DNA from: Octopus sinensis
Taxonomy: Eukaryota
Length of the DNA stretch: 64,000 bases
Assembly (NCBI RefSeq): GCF_006345805.1
Contig: NC_043023.1
Coordinates: 434,001-498,000, forward strand
Direction: 5' to 3'
The notes below the pieces were generated by a model. It made no database searches, was not told the DNA's origin, and saw nothing but the letters and a program-made list of their open reading frames with translations. The position numbers were made by a program, and so were the translations under genes. This document shows positions 62,251-64,000 of this stretch, piece after piece. Each line of letters begins with the position of its first letter. The stretch's first letter is position 1.

Positions 62251-63858
62251 ATGTATATATATATATAGGTATGTATATATATTGGTATGTATAGATATAC
62301 ATTCTGAAGAATAGTAGCACGGTGAATGTCGGAGTCATTATTATCGATCTTGTAAAAGTTTAACAAATATGCGTTCTCCAAAGTATTGGGAGATCCTTCT
62401 GTATAATGTTAAAATTTTTTGTATATAACCTGACTTAAAAACAAACATATATACAGTAAATACAAATATGCATTTACATACATTCTCATACATGCACAGA
62501 TACGTATACGCCGTCTCCAGTCGCAGAAATACGTAACTTAACGACAGCTTTACTCCAAACTCAGCTGAATTGCAAAAACGATCTTTCAACAAAAATGAAA
62601 ACAGGTGAACGCAAATATATACGGTTATATATGTATGCATGCATGTATGTATGTATGTATGTATGTATGTATGTATGTATGTATGTATGTATGTATGTAT
62701 GTATGTATGTATGTATGCATAAATGTATGTATGTGTTTGTGCATACATATATTATCTGCATATGTGTGTATCTGTATATGTGTGTATATATGTATATATG
62801 ACCATATAACATGCATGTATATTTGTATGTATGTATATATATATACCTCTACATGTGTCCTTATATATGTATATCTGGATATGCAAATATACATAGACAC
62901 ACACACATATATATACATATATATGCACATTCACTCACGAGCACACATGAATATATATATACACCCTCCCACAGAGTCGTATATATATCCTCAATTGCAC
63001 CAGTTTGCACCCGATTTTTTTTTCTGTCATGCATATTATCCATCTGCAGCATATGTGTGTGTGTATATATAATATAGATAGATATATGTGTATGTTTGTA
63101 TATGCATATGAATATACATATATTATATATGTATGTATATATGTATGTAGTGTAAACAAGCATTAATCGTTTATAGAATTGCATGAGGGGAATAAATACA
63201 TGCACACACAGAGACATATATGTACTAAACATTTGTATACATAAACATAGTTATACACTTATACACGCAGTCACAACATATAAAATGTGTTGTTTTAAAA
63301 AAATATAAATTTTTTGTAAATATATAAGTATACGGAATCATACAAATACAACAATTACAACGACAACTACAAGCACCAATAACAACGACGACAGAGGCTA
63401 CATCGACAAAAGCAAAGAATGTACCTACAACAACAACAAATACATGAGCCATGTTACAGCTCAACAATCAGTGTTTATGTATATAAATTTAGGCAGGACT
63501 TAACTTAGATATTTGACGTCATTCTCTGTGATTCTAAGCTGTAGAGCAACTGACGTAATTCTCTACCATAATCCAACAGTATTGCTGAATGGTAGGTTTA
63601 GAAAAATAGCTGGGGTTGGGTCTGGAATTTTCGGGGGTGGTGGGTATGTTGGGAACTGTAAGGTGCTTTTATGGGATGTTGGCATGTTGGGATTTCATGG
63701 TTTCATGTAATGTAATGTTGCGGCGTGTGTGTAAAGGGAATTATATATGTACGAGTATATACAGACAGACACATACACACATACACACATCACACATACA
63801 TACACATAATCAATATATGCATATACATTCATAATATGTATTATATATAATGCATGTA

Positions 63859-63891
<33 letters not shown>

Positions 63892-64000
63892 AGATGAAGT
63901 CACTGTTGTTGATGTTTATACGCTGCTCGGAATTAACTGGAAATCCTGCTGGATTTTCTGGTATAAAATTTTTCTTCTTTCGAAGTAGGCATATATATAT

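Noticed and set aside
62060-62334. CTGAAGA...GAATGTC motifs (minus ~62065-62098; plus 62301-62334)
   Set aside because: GAAA is not intact and the helices are mismatched; at best heavily decayed remnants.

Overview
AT-rich, microsatellite-saturated animal genomic DNA with one 100-N gap (24622-24721). The repeat landscape (tRNA-headed modular SINEs with internal CA/TA tracts) looks like an octopod cephalopod genome; this is inference, not a database result. I found no confidently supported host protein-coding exon, and almost all ORFs in the supplied track are microsatellite or repeat translations. Recognisable content: at least four tRNA-derived SINE families (labelled A-D here), arrays of a ~140-bp unit (E), decayed LINEs (Tx1/L1-like, R4/Dong-like, RTE-like with C2H2 fingers), a decayed mariner transposase, MITEs and many foldbacks. 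The most interesting signal is a set of type I hammerhead ribozyme folds read by hand from the sequence. Two have fully canonical cores and all three helices (25831-25903 minus; 41565-41622 plus). Several more are near-intact or variant (26840-26888, 34470-34503, 57718-57756 with a compensatory U3-A8 core, 55024-55084, 56321-56358). Most sit in mutually unrelated, ORF-less modules near (TA)n tracts, often in inverted or direct repeats. This suggests several non-autonomous Penelope-like or retrozyme-like families. Repeat boundaries are approximate (about +/-10-20 bp); ribozyme coordinates were indexed by hand.
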